DNA of 64,000 nt, from the NCBI GenBank assembly GCA_013265495.1, contig MU058423.1, positions 8,107,627-8,171,626 of the forward strand. Direction: 5' to 3'. The stretch is from Vicugna vicugna. Taxonomy: Eukaryota. A model generated the notes under the pieces. It saw only the letters and a program-made list of their open reading frames with translations. It was not told the DNA's origin and searched no databases. This document shows positions 51,693-64,000 of the stretch, one piece after another (positions within the stretch are counted from its first letter, which is position 1; every line of letters starts with the position of its first letter). The translations under genes and the position numbers were made by a program.

Positions 51693-53029
51693 TTATGAAG
51701 ATAATAGAGATAAGTTGGGCCAAACATGATTTTAGATGTCCTCGCCTTTAACGGCACTCATTTCTTTTTTTTTTTCCCCAAGATATCCCACTGGTGGAAA
51801 TGAATTCAGATTGAGTGTGAAAGGAAATACCTCAGTTTTAAATCTGAACTCTGGAAGAAAACTCATCTTCTAGAATGAAAGACAATATCTATATATTAAA
51901 GTATTTGAGAAAACTACTGTCATTCTTTAATTTTATATGTTGCATTGCGAACTATTCTAAAAATGCTTATAAAAAGAAACCATTATGAGAGTCTCACCCC
52001 TCCTCCACAAAATAACTTTAATTTTTGGTTGGTTTTACTTTAATAGTTTCCATTCTTCTAAATCACCATCTAAATTAGATTTTATAGTAAATGGGAGCAC
52101 TTATAAAAGGAAAGAATGAAATTAAAAAGTCATGTGGTTTTAAATGCATACTCTACAGAAACTAATTTTTTCCCTATGGATGCAGAATCAACTTTCACTT
52201 ATGAGACTAGATTATGGGTTATAAAACAATTGCAATGGTTATGTGAAATGAGCATATGACTATAATGACAGCTTTAAGAAGAGTGTGCATTACACTTCAC
52301 CTGGAGAACAGACAGTGGCCACTTAAGATCCAAGAGTAAACCATTCGCCTATTATTTTCTTAACTCTGGACATTAAAAATTAGAGAACAGGTGGAGAGAG
52401 CAAGGACATAAAAAGGACACACTCTCTGAGACTAAAAGTAATTCACATAAAAGGAGTAAGAGCCATTGGCACCTAGAAAACATCCCAGAAGCAATTAGGA
52501 GACAGTCCATTGAAAAGGTAGTCACTGTAAAATTGGATGTTGACATTGTGAAGATGTTTGGAAGGTGTTTCAGTCAGGTAGAAAACTGAAAAAGGAGTTG
52601 AACTGGGGGCCAGTGCAGGGACAACAGAAAGGAGAGTTGCAAGAAAATACTTTAGCTGTGTGCCTCAGCCACGTCCAATGGAAGAGATAACCCGTTTTTT
52701 GGGTTTTTTCTCTTTTAATCTAAATTAAGCAACAAAAAATTCTAGAAAAAAAGAGACTTCATCAAGCTAATATACATCAAAGCTATTACTAAAGAACATC
52801 CAAACACTTTGCTCTAAATCTGAATTCCTCAAGCTCTATCTTCTTATGCCATTTAGCTTCCTAAGTAAATCCAGCCACAGAGAAACCTCAACTATACTGG
52901 GCAAAACATATCTCCTGTTGTAAATCAATATTAAGTTTCTGAATCATAAAGAGGTCCCTTGAGAGTCTGGTTAATGTCAATAAATCTCCCAGAGACCAAA
53001 GAAATGAGGATGAAGGAAAGTAACAAAGA

Positions 53030-53218
53030 GAATACTAACTACTGTATATAAAACAGATAAACAAGTTTCTACTGTACAGCACAGGGAACTATGTTCACTA
53101 CCTTGTAGTAAGAATATGAAAACAAAGATATGTATGTTCATGTATGACTGAAACATTATGCCGTGCACCAGAAATTGACACGACATTGTAAACTGACTAT
53201 ATTTCAAATTTAAAAAAA
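53030..53218 (+). mobile_element. Camelid-type L1 3' end
   Basis: tatgttcatgtatgactgaaacattatgccgtgcaccagaaattgacacgacattgtaaactgactata + A tail. Confidence 0.88.
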
Positions 53219-53370
53219 CTTAACATAAAGGAAACTATGAAAAAATATAGTAATCAAGAAGCATCATGGACCTGCCTAAAACAAACACACTCGGTCACAG
53301 GCACAAGCATGTGCAAAGAACACCTGGAAATCTGAGAGGTCTTAGACCTCAGGAAACACACCCTCAAAAT

Positions 53371-53584
53371 TAGGATTGCCAGATTTGGCAAACAAAAAGA
53401 CAGGATTCCCAGTTACATTTGGATTTCAGATAAACAACAAAACATGATTAGTATAAATATGTAATATGTATACTATGAATATGCCCCATGAAATATTTGG
53501 GACATACTTATATTAAAGTATTATTTGTTGCCTATCTGAAATTCAAATTTAACTGGGCCTCCTGCATTTTCGCTGGCAACCCTA
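53371..53584. mobile_element. MER53 palindromic hAT MITE
   Basis: Termini taggattgccag / ctggcaacccta; internal arms cccagttacatttggatttcagataaacaac / gttgcctatctgaaattcaaatttaactggg. Confidence 0.88.
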
Positions 53585-53642
53585 CACAGAAGTCTGCATA
53601 TTCAAGTTTCAAAAACACATAAAAATTAAATACTGTCACTTT

Positions 53643-53963
53643 ATTTTATTTTATTTTTGAGTAAAGTTAGATTTATTCAGAGAGATATGTACTCCGTAGA
53701 CAGAGTGCAGGCTGTTTCAGAAAGCAAGAGGAAGGCCATGAGGTGTAGGGGTTGGGTGTTCAGCTTAAAGTAAAAGTAGGTACACACTCCACAGACAAAA
53801 TGTGGGCTGTGCTGGAAGGCGGAGGAGTGAGAGGACATGAGGCATGGGGATGGGTGTTTAGTTTAAAAGTCGTTACACACTCCATAGACAGAGTGCAGTC
53901 CTTCTTACTCAGTAGGGAAGGCAGCCCTGAGGTGTGGTGTTGCTAGTTTTCATGGGCTTGATA
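53643..53963 (-). mobile_element. Retroposed (poly-A-tailed) ERV LTR-like fragment
   Basis: Poly-T/(TTTTA)n at left, minus-strand AATAAA at 53672-53677, TSD aaatactgtcacttt / aaatgctgtcacttt (53628-53642, 53964-53978). Confidence 0.8.
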
Positions 53964-54188
53964 AAATGCTGTCACTTTAGACACTCGACTGGCCCCCACA
54001 GTCATAACCCTATCACAGATTTCATTACTGAAATCATATGATGGCCCTCTGATGGAAATGAACATCCAGGTGATCCTGAATATGAATATTTAATTTTTAA
54101 AATTATGATTAAGGGCAAAAAAATTTTTAATTCTCCTGGAAATCAGAGATGATGAGCTCACATCCCCCAGGGAATCTGTGTACTGTGG

Positions 54189-54543
54189 TGTGGAACCAGA
54201 GTTCTCCAGAGAAGCAGAACCAGCAGGAGAGAGTGTTTGTGGAGGCTGGTAAGTCCACAATCTGCAGGGTACGCCAGCAGGCTGGAGACCCAGGGGAGAA
54301 CTGCAATTCCAGTCTGTCAGCTAGCAAAAGTCCCCTTTCTGCGGAGGTCGATCTTTTTCTAGCAAGATCTTCAACCGATTGAATGAGGCCCACCTGCGTT
54401 ATGGAAGGTAATCTGCTTTACTCTAGTGATTTAAATGTTATTCTCATCTAAAACACACCATCATGGAAACATCTAGAGAAATGTTTAACAAGTATCTCAG
54501 AGCAGTGACCTAGCCAAGTTGACACATACAATTAACCATCACA
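54189..54543 (-). mobile_element. ERVL LTR, MLT2D-like
   Basis: gttctccagagaagcagaacc..gattgaatgaggcccacc..cctagccaagttgacacatacaattaaccatcaca. Confidence 0.88.
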
Positions 54544-54644
54544 CCCGTGTTGCACTACGTCACACTGCAGTACACCACATACCATGCTTCCCACCAGAAT
54601 CACAGTGACCCTAACCACCTGGCTTCTCTCCTCATGCACCAGCC

Positions 54645-54825
54645 TACATACTGATTCTCAGTCTTTGGTGTGTCTAAGTATCACCTGAGAAATTTGTTAA
54701 AAATGAGATACCTGAGCCCCACCTCTGAGATTCCAATAAGTTAACTCTGGAGTGGAATCAAAAAATCAGAAACTTTAATAAGCACCCAGGAAATTCTTGG
54801 GGACCACTCCTTGAAAATACTGCTA
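54645..54825. mobile_element. MER5-like MITE
   Basis: atcacctgagaaatttgttaaaaatg..gagccccacctctgagattc..ttaataagcacccagg. Confidence 0.7.
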
Positions 54826-55393
54826 TATTGAGTATAACTCAACACTTGATGTAGGATTTTAGTTAGAGCGAGGGATGTGGCAGAGACCTACAGATCCCAA
54901 TCGAGTTAACTAGATTCCATGTTCTTCACATCTGTATCTCTGGAATCTGTTCAACTGAGCATCCATGTGCAATAAAATTCAGTGAGAACACCAGCAGGAA
55001 GCATCATAAGTCCGTCTTTCCTGCTAACCTCAGTCCCATTCTAGCCTAGCCTAAAAGGGTATCAGTCTGGATCAAAAGTGTCCAGTGGGTCTGCATCAAC
55101 ATTCAAATGATTCTTGATTTGAAGTCCTACACAAGGATCCTGAGTGCTAGGAGCCATTGACTAAAACCATAAATGCAGGTAAGGGATATCATTTTTCTTA
55201 CATGCAACATCAAATTGCTGAATTCAGGCTTATTTCTTTATGGCCTTTCTACCCTTTAACAAGATTTTATCTGCCTTATTTTTATGAAGCTAATCCATCT
55301 TAGAACTAAGAAAATACTGAGCTTTTTTTTTTTCCCCCAAGGGAAAATAATGAGCTTTCATCTGAGAACTCTGATGCTGACAGCAGTGATGTG

Positions 55394-55861
55394 TGTCAGG
55401 AAATATGAAGGGTCTGAGATTTTAACTTACTTGCCAAGTAGCAAGTTTCGTGGATTTTGGCTGAATACATGAGGATCCTGGTTTAGAGACAGAAGACTTC
55501 ATTCCTCGTGGGCAAGTATCACTCTATTCATTACAGCAGGCACCATGAGTATTAACATATTTGTGCCAGGTCTACGTGCCCCAAAGTCCCACAGAGGTGA
55601 TGTGAATGGGCCTGGATGGATATGCACATGTGCAGTGAGTTGCATTTTAAAAGAACCCTGAGCTCAGGGATCCTAAATCTTTTATAATGAGCAGTAAAAG
55701 CGTGTCTGTCCTTTGCTCCAGAGACGGACACGATCTCTGTTACAAGGCTGTTTGCTCCAGCAAAATCCTTAAAAGGAGAGTCTGGAGCAAAGGGAAATTA
55801 ATGCCTTTGCTTGTGGAAACTCACAGAACATGAGGGACCCATTGGGAACTGCCTCCCAACA
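55394..55861 (-). mobile_element. ERV1 solo LTR (MER89/MER90-like)
   Basis: tgtcagga..tgaagggtctgagatttta..gaaccctgagctcaggga..cttttataatgagcagtaa..gggacccattgggaactgcctcccaaca. Confidence 0.85.
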
Positions 55862-56399
55862 GAATGTTCATTGTTTGGTTTGTATGTTAGACTATTAGTT
55901 GCACAGAGTCAGGCGTATATATTTTATGTTGCCAATTACCCTGAGTCTCGTATAGTGTTTTACAATTACTATTATTATATAAATTATATATAAATATAAT
56001 TTATATGCAAAATATGTTAATAAATATATAAACAGCACTATATAAATATTGGTAGTATGACATAATTTTAAAAAATGTGAAGCATGAAATTGATAAAGGA
56101 TTAGTGAATATCTCTCATTACTACTGCCACTGCCTATCTACCTGTCTGTCTGTCTGTCTATCTATAACTTCATAAACAATGCTGTTTATGAGATACCTCA
56201 TCAATTTACTAACAGCATTTGACAGTGGATTAAGAAAGAGTGGAACTAAGGTATTTAAGTTACATATTTAATATATAATATGTTGCAAATCCAAAGTAAC
56301 TAACACTGTGTAGAAATACTAAAATTAAGCCAAGACATATTAAATTTGAAGATTTGTTTCAAAAATCAACCTAGAAATCTCAAAAAGGATATGCTATTC

Positions 56400-56995
56400 T
56401 TACTCCTTCATTTCTTTGACTAAAGTTAATTGATTGTCTCTTATATTGCAGGCACTGCTCTAGGTGTTGGGAATATAGCAATGAATAAAACAGGTAAGAA
56501 TGTCGACTCTCATGAAAATTTCATTCTAGAAAACAAATCAGATGGTAAAAGTAAAATAAAATACAGTGTATAATGAATTGTGAATGGTGCTAAGGAAAAA
56601 ATAAAATAAAGAAAGGAATGGGAAACACTGGAAAGGAAAATTGAATTTTTTTAAAGAGAGGTTTCACTGAGAAGATTTGTGTTGAATAAAGATGTGAAAA
56701 AGTGAGGGACCTAGCTTCACGGATAGCTGGGAGGCTAGCATTCTGGGCAGAGAAAATTGCAAATCCAACGATACTGAGACAGGCACAGCTAAGAGGCCAG
56801 GGTGACTGAATCAGCATGATCTAGGGAGAGAGCTGGAACACATGAGGTCAGAGCGCTATTGATGAGGGGTTTCAAGGTGAGGAGATGAAAGGAAGATCAA
56901 GGAGGGCTTTGAGGTCATCATAAGGATTTGACTTTTACAAGGCTGAGATGAAAAGCCAGTGGACAGCTTTGAAAAGTGTAGAAACATAATATATC
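56400..56995 (-). mobile_element. L2 fragment
   Basis: caggcactgctctaggtgttgggaatatagcaatgaataaaacagg..gcattctgggcagag. Confidence 0.8.
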
Positions 56996-57455
56996 TGTGT
57001 TAGGGCTTTCCAGAGCAACAGAACTAAGATAAATATAATATATATTGAATATGATCCATATTCATTTATAGTCATATATATGCATATAAATGCATACACA
57101 TGCAGGAGAGGCTGGCAGGCTGGAGGCTCAGAAAAGAGTGGCAGTTTAAGTCCAAAGACAGTTTGATCTACAACCAGGAAAAACTGATGTTGGAGATAAA
57201 GTCTGAAGGCAGTCTGCTGGAGAATTTCCTCTTTTCCTCCCCAAAAGGGGAGGCCAGCCTTTTGTTCTATTCAGGCCTTCAACTGATTGTGTAAAGCCCA
57301 CCCACATTATGGAGGACAATCTGCTTTTCTCAAGTCCACCAATTTAAACATAAATCTCATCCAGAAATACCCTCACAGAAACATCCAGAAGATGTTTGAC
57401 TAAGTATCTGGGTACCGTGGCCCAGACAAAGTGACACATAAAATTAACCATCTCA
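56996..57455 (-). mobile_element. ERVL LTR, MLT2-like
   Basis: tagggctttccagagcaacagaac..ttctattcaggccttcaactgatt..gacacataaaattaaccatc. Confidence 0.88.
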
Positions 57456-57469
57456 GCATTTAGAGAGAC

Positions 57470-57700
57470 GACTCAGGTGGAGGAAGGAATAGACTTGTTC
57501 TGTCAGGTAAAGACAGCAGAGCTTGTCCTTGTGGATGAAAGTTGTAGCTAGGCAGACCTAAGTTTCATACAACGAAAAATTACTTGATAAGTAATTCAAG
57601 TAGAGACTGTGTGATATTTTGAAAATACATTGCTGCATAATATTGAATATGAACCCAGCGGGCAAGTTCCTCTCTCCCCTGTCAGCCCTATGATTTTGTA
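57470..57700 (+). mobile_element. CR1/L3 LINE fragment
   Basis: ggaatagacttgttctgt..ggatgaaagttgtag..aggcagac resembles the L3 3' region. Confidence 0.5.
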
Positions 57701-57862
57701 GTTTGTTCGGGCAATGTGTCAACAGAGTTAATCACAATGTTTCAAAATTTCTGACTCTCAAAGGGAAACATTTTGCATGTTTAGCCAAATGATTGACATC
57801 TTTTAGGGGAAATTCTGATATTTTGTTCTTCACTTAGTAAGACTTAGGGATAATGTGTCAAC

Positions 57863-58274
57863 TGTCTTAGTTTTCATGGGCTGCTGTAGCAAAATACCAT
57901 ACACTGGGTGGCTTAAACCACAGAAATGTATTTTCTTACAGTTCTGGAGGGTAGAAGTCGCAGATCAAGGTGCTAAGTCTTTCAATTACCAGTGAGAATT
58001 CTCATCCTGGCTTGTAGACAGTCACTTTCTCTCTGTGTGCTCACATGGCAGAGAGAGAGAAAGAGAGAGACCGGTTGAGACTGGGAAAGAGCTCTCTCAC
58101 GTCTCTTCTTATGAGGATACCAGTCCTATCAGATCAGGGTCCCCATCCTTAGTAACCTCATTTAATCTTAATCTCATCTATAAAGGCCCCATCTCCAAAT
58201 TCAGTCACATTGAAGGTTGGGGCTTCAATGTATAAATTTGGAGGGGACGCAGACACAGACGTCAGTGCATAACA
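57863..58274 (-). mobile_element. MaLR LTR, MLT1A-like
   Basis: gggctgctgtagcaaaataccatacactgggtggcttaaacc..cagttctggagg..tctccaaattcagtcacatt..cataaca. Confidence 0.9.
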
Positions 58275-59282
58275 CCAACCTACCTCTTTCTGCCTACAGC
58301 CAACTGAGTAGGATCCTTAGAAACATACCAACGTAAAAGAATTTACTGTGCTCATCAGTGTGAAACAGATTCTAATACTGCTTTATTCCTGCTTCTGGCA
58401 ACGTGGGGACCCAGAGAAGTAGAGTGGCCTAGATTTCATCTAGCTTGTCATCTCCTATCAATCAGTTCTGGCTCCCTGAAGCACTGTGCTGAGAGCTCAG
58501 CTCAGGGTCGCTGTCTGTTAGCAATGTCTGCCAGGACTGTGGCCACGTACTCGCATGTCACCATCATGGACATCAAGGACTCTGACATCAATAATTATAT
58601 CATTACCCTAGTTTATTCATCCAGCGTAATCCTTTATTGCTGTTTAAATCAGCAAAAACAATAATGGGAGAGTAAGTTAGGTAAGTTATCTCACCTTAAA
58701 GCAAGAATATTCAATCACTAAGTATATAATTTAGGTATTTATTGGATGATAGGAAAAGATGTTTATGATGGACTTATTATGTGGAAAAGGGGGTTTCAAA
58801 CCCATATAAAGTATGGTCACACTTTTTAAACAGATTGTCAAGATAGAAAGTATGTTGAGAAAGTATTTACAGATAACAAACACAAAGCAAGTCAGAGTTT
58901 TCTTCCTTCCTCATTTCTTTATTTTTCCTTCTCTTCTACTCCTTCCTGGGAGGAGTTTTGTGTTACATTGTTACGTTATTATTGTTGGTGTCATACTTAT
59001 TCTTTTATTCCATTTTGTTTTGTTCATGTCTTTTTAAGGTAGGAAAATAAGAGACAGGGAATCTGTTAGCCTAGTAAAGTACTGAGTTTATACTATGAAA
59101 GGCATCAATACAACCAAAGTGTTTGTTTGTCCTGTAAATGTTTAACTTTGAATAAGCAAGTCCTTTCCAGGGAAGCACAGGATGAAAGGCGCTGGCACCA
59201 CCTCTCCAGGAGGGGAAATCTATCGAACCAATAAACTAGGAGAGAGGGAAAGAAGGTAAAAAAAAAAAAAAGATAAGAATGA

Positions 59283-59745
59283 TGCCAAAGATATGGGAGC
59301 AACCTACATGTCTACCGCAGATGAATGGAATACTACTCAGCCATAAAAAGAATTAAATGTTGCCATTTAGAGCAACATGGATAGACTTGAAGGGCATTAT
59401 GCTAAGTGAAATAAGTCAGACAGAGAAAGACAACTACTGTATGTGGAATCTAAAAAATGTAACAAACTAGTGAATATAATAAAAAAGAAACAGACTCGCA
59501 GATAGAGATCAAACTAGTGGTTACCAGTGGGGAGATAAAAGAGGGAGGGACAACATAGGGGCAGGGGATTAAGAGATACAAATTATTAGGTACAAAAATG
59601 AGCTATAAGGATATATTGTACAACACGGGGAATATAGCCAATATTTTATAATAACTATAAATGGAGTATAACCTGTAAAAATTGTGAATCACTGTATTGT
59701 ATACCTGTAACTTACATAATATTCTACAGTAACTATACTTCAGTG
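59283..59745 (+). mobile_element. Cetartiodactyl-type L1 3' portion
   Basis: gcattatgctaagtgaaataagtcagacagagaaagacaa..gtgaatcactgtattgtatacctgtaactta. Confidence 0.9.
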
Positions 59746-60259
59746 ATTTTTTTAAATGTAAATTCAGAAAACAACAAAAAAAAGAACTCCAGAGGAAGCC
59801 CATCAAACCTGACTCATAACCCAAAAAAGAAGCAAAGGACCATCCAGTTCCTCCTCCAAATTCTGGGTGTACCCCAAGCATCTAGTTGTAACAGTTTTTC
59901 AATGCATCTCACCTTTATACCCTTCAAGATGTCATGGACATAACTGAAAGGTGTATGTGTGTGGGGGTGCATATGTGTGTTTTTAGAAACGTCTGAAAAA
60001 AAATGTCACAGCCAATATATATTACAGAGTTAATAAAGTGGCGAGATTATGCATAGTTTGTTTATGTTTTCTAACTTTTCTGTGTAACAAGCATGTAGAG
60101 TTTGGAACAAGATTTGTTTAATTGTAACCATGATTTTAAGACAGAAAAACTCTGCAAGGGAGATTCAGACAAAGAAACTCCAATATTCTCTGAATGTCTT
60201 TCTTGTACAGCTAGCAATAAAACACTCTGTGTACTTCCGGAAATTGCAAAGCTGGAAGA

Positions 60260-60390
60260 GATCTTAGAGGTGACATGGGTCCTCGCTGTTATTGTGTAGG
60301 TGAAGGAAATCAGGCCTAGAGATGCTTGGTTTTGCACCCAGTAAAGAGTCGTGGCAGCAGAGCGAGGAAATAATTTAGATTTATTCATTC
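60260..60390 (-). mobile_element. MIR SINE
   Basis: gtaggtgaaggaaatcaggcctagaga..ttgcaccca. Confidence 0.6.
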
Positions 60391-62636
60391 TTAACTCAAT
60401 ACTTTTATTAGGTGGTAGGAGAAGCAGTATCATTACAGTTTAAGGTTCTACAGTGTCTCTAATTATGCCCAAAAATTAAACATTAAAAACGTGAGTTTGG
60501 GGGCCAACAGCAAAGGAATGGAGTCAGCAAAAGTTGAAGGTATTAGTCCAATCAATTTGGAGACGTTGTCTTAAGTCAGTGGCCAATCTCCCAGGATGTG
60601 TTTGTTACACAGATATTCAACACCAGCGCCCTCTTTGAACTAAATGCTGACCTCTGCACTGCATTCTCTCTTTATAACACCCTCCCCTGGGTGAAGCCTG
60701 CCCGGGACTGGATAGCCGATGACCTCCTGACCGCCTTCCAAGGAGTGAGGGAACATTATTATTAAAACCCCAGCATTTTTCAATGTCATATTTTTAAAAT
60801 GTGGCTAGCTGATATATTGACAATATTTTCCTTTTACCTCTCTCCCTTATACTTAAGAATAGAGCTTTAAAGAACATTTTACAATAATGCATGCCTCCAA
60901 CCAGCCTTAGGTGAAATGAACGTGGCAGTGATAGAAAGCCCTTTGAGCTCCCCAGACGGGGACATCAGAAGTGAACAGCAGTGACCTGGCCCTGGTGAAA
61001 AGTGTCGGCTGAGCCTGGCAAGACTCCAAACCATAAAGTAACTTTCTTGTATTTCTCAATGAGATCTAACCTCATTTGTACTTCTCAACTAGATACAGAA
61101 ATTGAAACTAGGAACCAGTAGTTTGGGGGAGAATCAAATGCCAAAACTGTCCGGCAGCGTAGGTAAAACATGAGGTGGGAGGTACAAAGAGGAAGCTGAG
61201 CAGAGAGTGATTAATGCAACTTTCAAATTTAACTTCTTTCTTTCCCACGTATTCGAAATCTGATGTCTTTCCCATAAGCCTGCAGATGGTGGCCGTCACT
61301 GATCTCTGAAGGGTAAAACTGGAACTGAAACCCACAAACCTTGCACCTGTGGAGTCAGCTTCATTAACAGTGTTGGCCCTTGCTGGTTTCCCAAAACTCC
61401 CCCAATAAAGGCCATCCCCTCGAGGAGCACCTAGACCATCACCTTCTCTTTAGCAGTCCAGTGTTAAGTCTTGCTCCGAGTTGATCCAGGGCAGGTACCT
61501 TAAGTCAGTACTCTCTTTAGTGAAACTTGAAATGGCTACTTACCGATTGACACACGTCATCCTGCAAAGAGAAACTGAAATACTAATTTATATCTTGGAA
61601 CTCAATTAACATCTTTTGTCCTTCTTAATGACTTAAATTGCCATAAACTCACTGCTCTACCCTTTCTCAGATAGAATCCACCGCCTTGATTTTTCCACTT
61701 TCACCCTAGTTTGCAGTGAAAGCATGAAGAGGACACATTGGTAAGGCCAGCTGGAGAGCTCATCCCACATAAATTACCATTCTGCACTGTAGGGGCTGTC
61801 CCCACGTGCAGGGGAAAACTTCCGGAGAATCCTGTGAGAAGCAGGACCGTTAGACCAGGTCTGTGGTGGGGAGAGGAGAGCCATGGCACAGAGGCGGGAC
61901 CACCAGGAATGACTGAAAAGAAAAGGGACCCTGGGGTTTGTCCACAACACTTATCCCCATTTTACAGAATGAAAAAACCTAGGCACAGAGGAGTTAACTT
62001 GGCCGATTGATACAACTACATTATAAAGATTCCTACAAATACTTTCTCAATATGTGAAGCACATCACACATTTATTGAAGCACTTAGCATTAGTAATTAT
62101 CACTCTAACAATTTAGGAGCATATGTTTTAAGAAATAAGGAACAGAATTGTTTGTTTTAAAGAAGGCTTTGGGCTGGCAGTGACTCCAGATGACAGGTTT
62201 ATACTATTTGGGAAGAGCAGTTCATTGCATGGTAGAGATGGTCCTGAATCACAAGACAGACTTGGCTCCAGGGTAGAAAAGGCTGTTATATTTCAACTCC
62301 AAATATCTGCTGAGTACCTACTGTGATCTAATCCCCATGCCAAACTGGTATGCCATAGAAATGTGTCCACACTCTTTTTACAAAATTCTGAAAGTCTAAT
62401 AAGGGTGGAGAGATAGCAATTATGACATAATACAGAGTAAAGAAGGGTCTGCATGGAGCCACAAGTGAGGAGCATTCGGGACCCACAGGAAGTAGCAAGA
62501 TGACCAAAGAAATTTTCATGAACTGTTTGTTCAACATTCACTTTTCAGCCACAACCACAGTCATGAGCACTGTCTCCTCCTTCACCCCCCAAAGTAAGAA
62601 TAAGCTGCAATTACAGGATTAAGTTGGAGATAAATT

Positions 62637-62655
62637 TGGCCCCTAGATGGTGCTG
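62637..62655 (+). promoter_or_regulatory. CTCF-binding motif (candidate)
   Basis: TGGCCCCTAGATGGTGCTG versus consensus variant TGGCCACTAGATGGCGCT. Confidence 0.6.
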
Positions 62656-62907
62656 ACAAGGTGAAAATGATTAGAGGAAATCCACGATGGTTTCCTGGAG
62701 GAAGGGTGGGCAAAGAACAAAGTGAGGCGCAGTGGGGCTTGGTGTTCCGCAGAAGAGAGAATGGTTCAGGCGAGCTGGATGTGAACAGGAGATAAGAAAA
62801 GGAGGAGGGAAAATGAAACAAAAAGCAACATGGCCAAAACCTAGTTTAAGCTATTTGATTCAGAGATAAGTGGAGATAGAAGAAAGCCATCAGAATGAGC
62901 AAAATGG

Positions 62908-63235
62908 GTGACACAAATGAACTTCTTTACAAAACAGAAAAAGACTCACAGACATAGAAAACATAGAAAACGTACTTATGGTTGCCAAAGGGAAAGTCGG
63001 GGGGAGGATAAATTATGAGTTTGGGATTAACAGATGCACATTACCATAAATAAAACAGATAAACAACGAGGACCTACTGCATAGCACAAAGAATTATATT
63101 CAGTAACTTGTAATGACCTATAATAAAAAATATGAAAAAGAATATGTATCTGTATGTATAACTGAATCACTATGCTGTACATCAGAAGCTAACACAACAT
63201 TGTAAATCAACTATACTTCCATTTAAAAAAAAAAG
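62908..63235 (+). mobile_element. Cetartiodactyl-type L1 3' end
   Basis: gactcacagacatagaaaac..ataactgaatcactatgctgtacatcagaagctaacacaacattgtaaatcaactatac + poly-A; TSD core gagcaaaatgg at 62897-62907 and 63236-63246. Confidence 0.92.
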
Positions 63236-63269
63236 GAGCAAAATGGAAAACTCTTAAGCAACATGATGC

Positions 63270-63560
63270 TCTCATCCATTAGAAGCAGTTTTCTGAAAGC
63301 TCACTATGTGTAGGACGTAATGCTTCTTGCTAAGACTGCAGGGCAGACAGAAGACAGCCTTTGCACTCAAAGAACATACAGTGCAGTTAGGGATGGAGGA
63401 AGTGCCAAATGAGAGTTATATGAAACGTAAGTGCTTTGGGGCACAGAGGACAAAGCAACCAGAGGACAAGAGGCCAGCAAGAAAGGGTCTATGGTAAAGC
63501 AAGGACGGGGTAGCTGGGGCTCGAGAGAGGGAAGCAGGGATGTGGAACACTTTGCAGTGA
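63270..63560 (-). mobile_element. L2 fragment
   Basis: gctcactatgtgtagg..gacagcctttgcactcaaagaacatacagt..aagtgctttggggcacagagg. Confidence 0.65.
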
Positions 63561-64000
63561 AAGTAAGAAAAGAGCAAGTTGGGATTATGTTAAACTGCCA
63601 TAAAGATACTCAAATGAAGCATTATATTCTGTGGTACAAAACATGTTCACACACAAACGCTGAAACCATTTGGGCCCCAGTGACTTTTCCAGGATGTGAA
63701 ATGGCAATTGAGTTCTCAGTGAGTCAAAGAACAGTTCACTGAAGGTCTGCATATGCTAAACAAACAAAAAAATCACTTCCCTTCACTCACGATATTTACC
63801 CTATGATGGCTAAAAGGTGGGTCTCCATTTTAGAGGCTAGAGAATAATGCTTCTAATACAAATGACACCATTAATTAGCAACATCTTCTGTGAAGACATT
63901 TATCTATAAACTGCACATTTCCATGTTTAATTATTCAGAGACGTTGCATTTATACATGACAACTTTCAGAGAGTACCTTATACCTAACATGGTATAAGGA

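Noticed and set aside
1..64000. Prokaryote-style systems (CRISPR arrays, operons, prophage) or an intact viral/ERV gene
   Set aside because: The sequence is mammalian, with no regularly spaced repeat-spacer array, no ORF above 163 aa and no gag/pol/env internal region seen.

Overview
Mammalian genomic DNA, most likely a camelid (camel/llama/alpaca lineage), judged from two tRNA-derived vic-1-type SINEs and camelid-type L1 3' ends. I recognise no protein-coding exon, rRNA, functional tRNA or CRISPR array. The ORFs in the track are short and lie in repeats or unrecognised unique sequence. The window looks intergenic or deep-intronic and much of it is interspersed repeat: MaLR/MLT1 and MLT2 LTRs, ERV1/ERVL solo LTRs, old and young L1, L2, MIR, CR1/L3, MER5, MER53 and a BLACKJACK-type hAT transposase fossil. 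Repeat family names come from recalled consensus sequences, not a search, and boundaries are approximate unless a target-site duplication (TSD) is quoted. The most interesting observations are: a TSD-bounded L1 with an apparently two-step 3' transduction; a CpG-island-like solo LTR with a perfect YY1 site; an ERV-LTR transcript retroposed by L1 machinery; a template-switch inversion/duplication inside an L1; a probable ancient RTE-type reverse-transcriptase fossil; a MER53 carrying the miR-1302 seed; patches of GC/CpG gain in ancient repeats; CTCF motifs; and a speculative spliced minus-strand small ORF. I found no convincing new multi-gene biological system.
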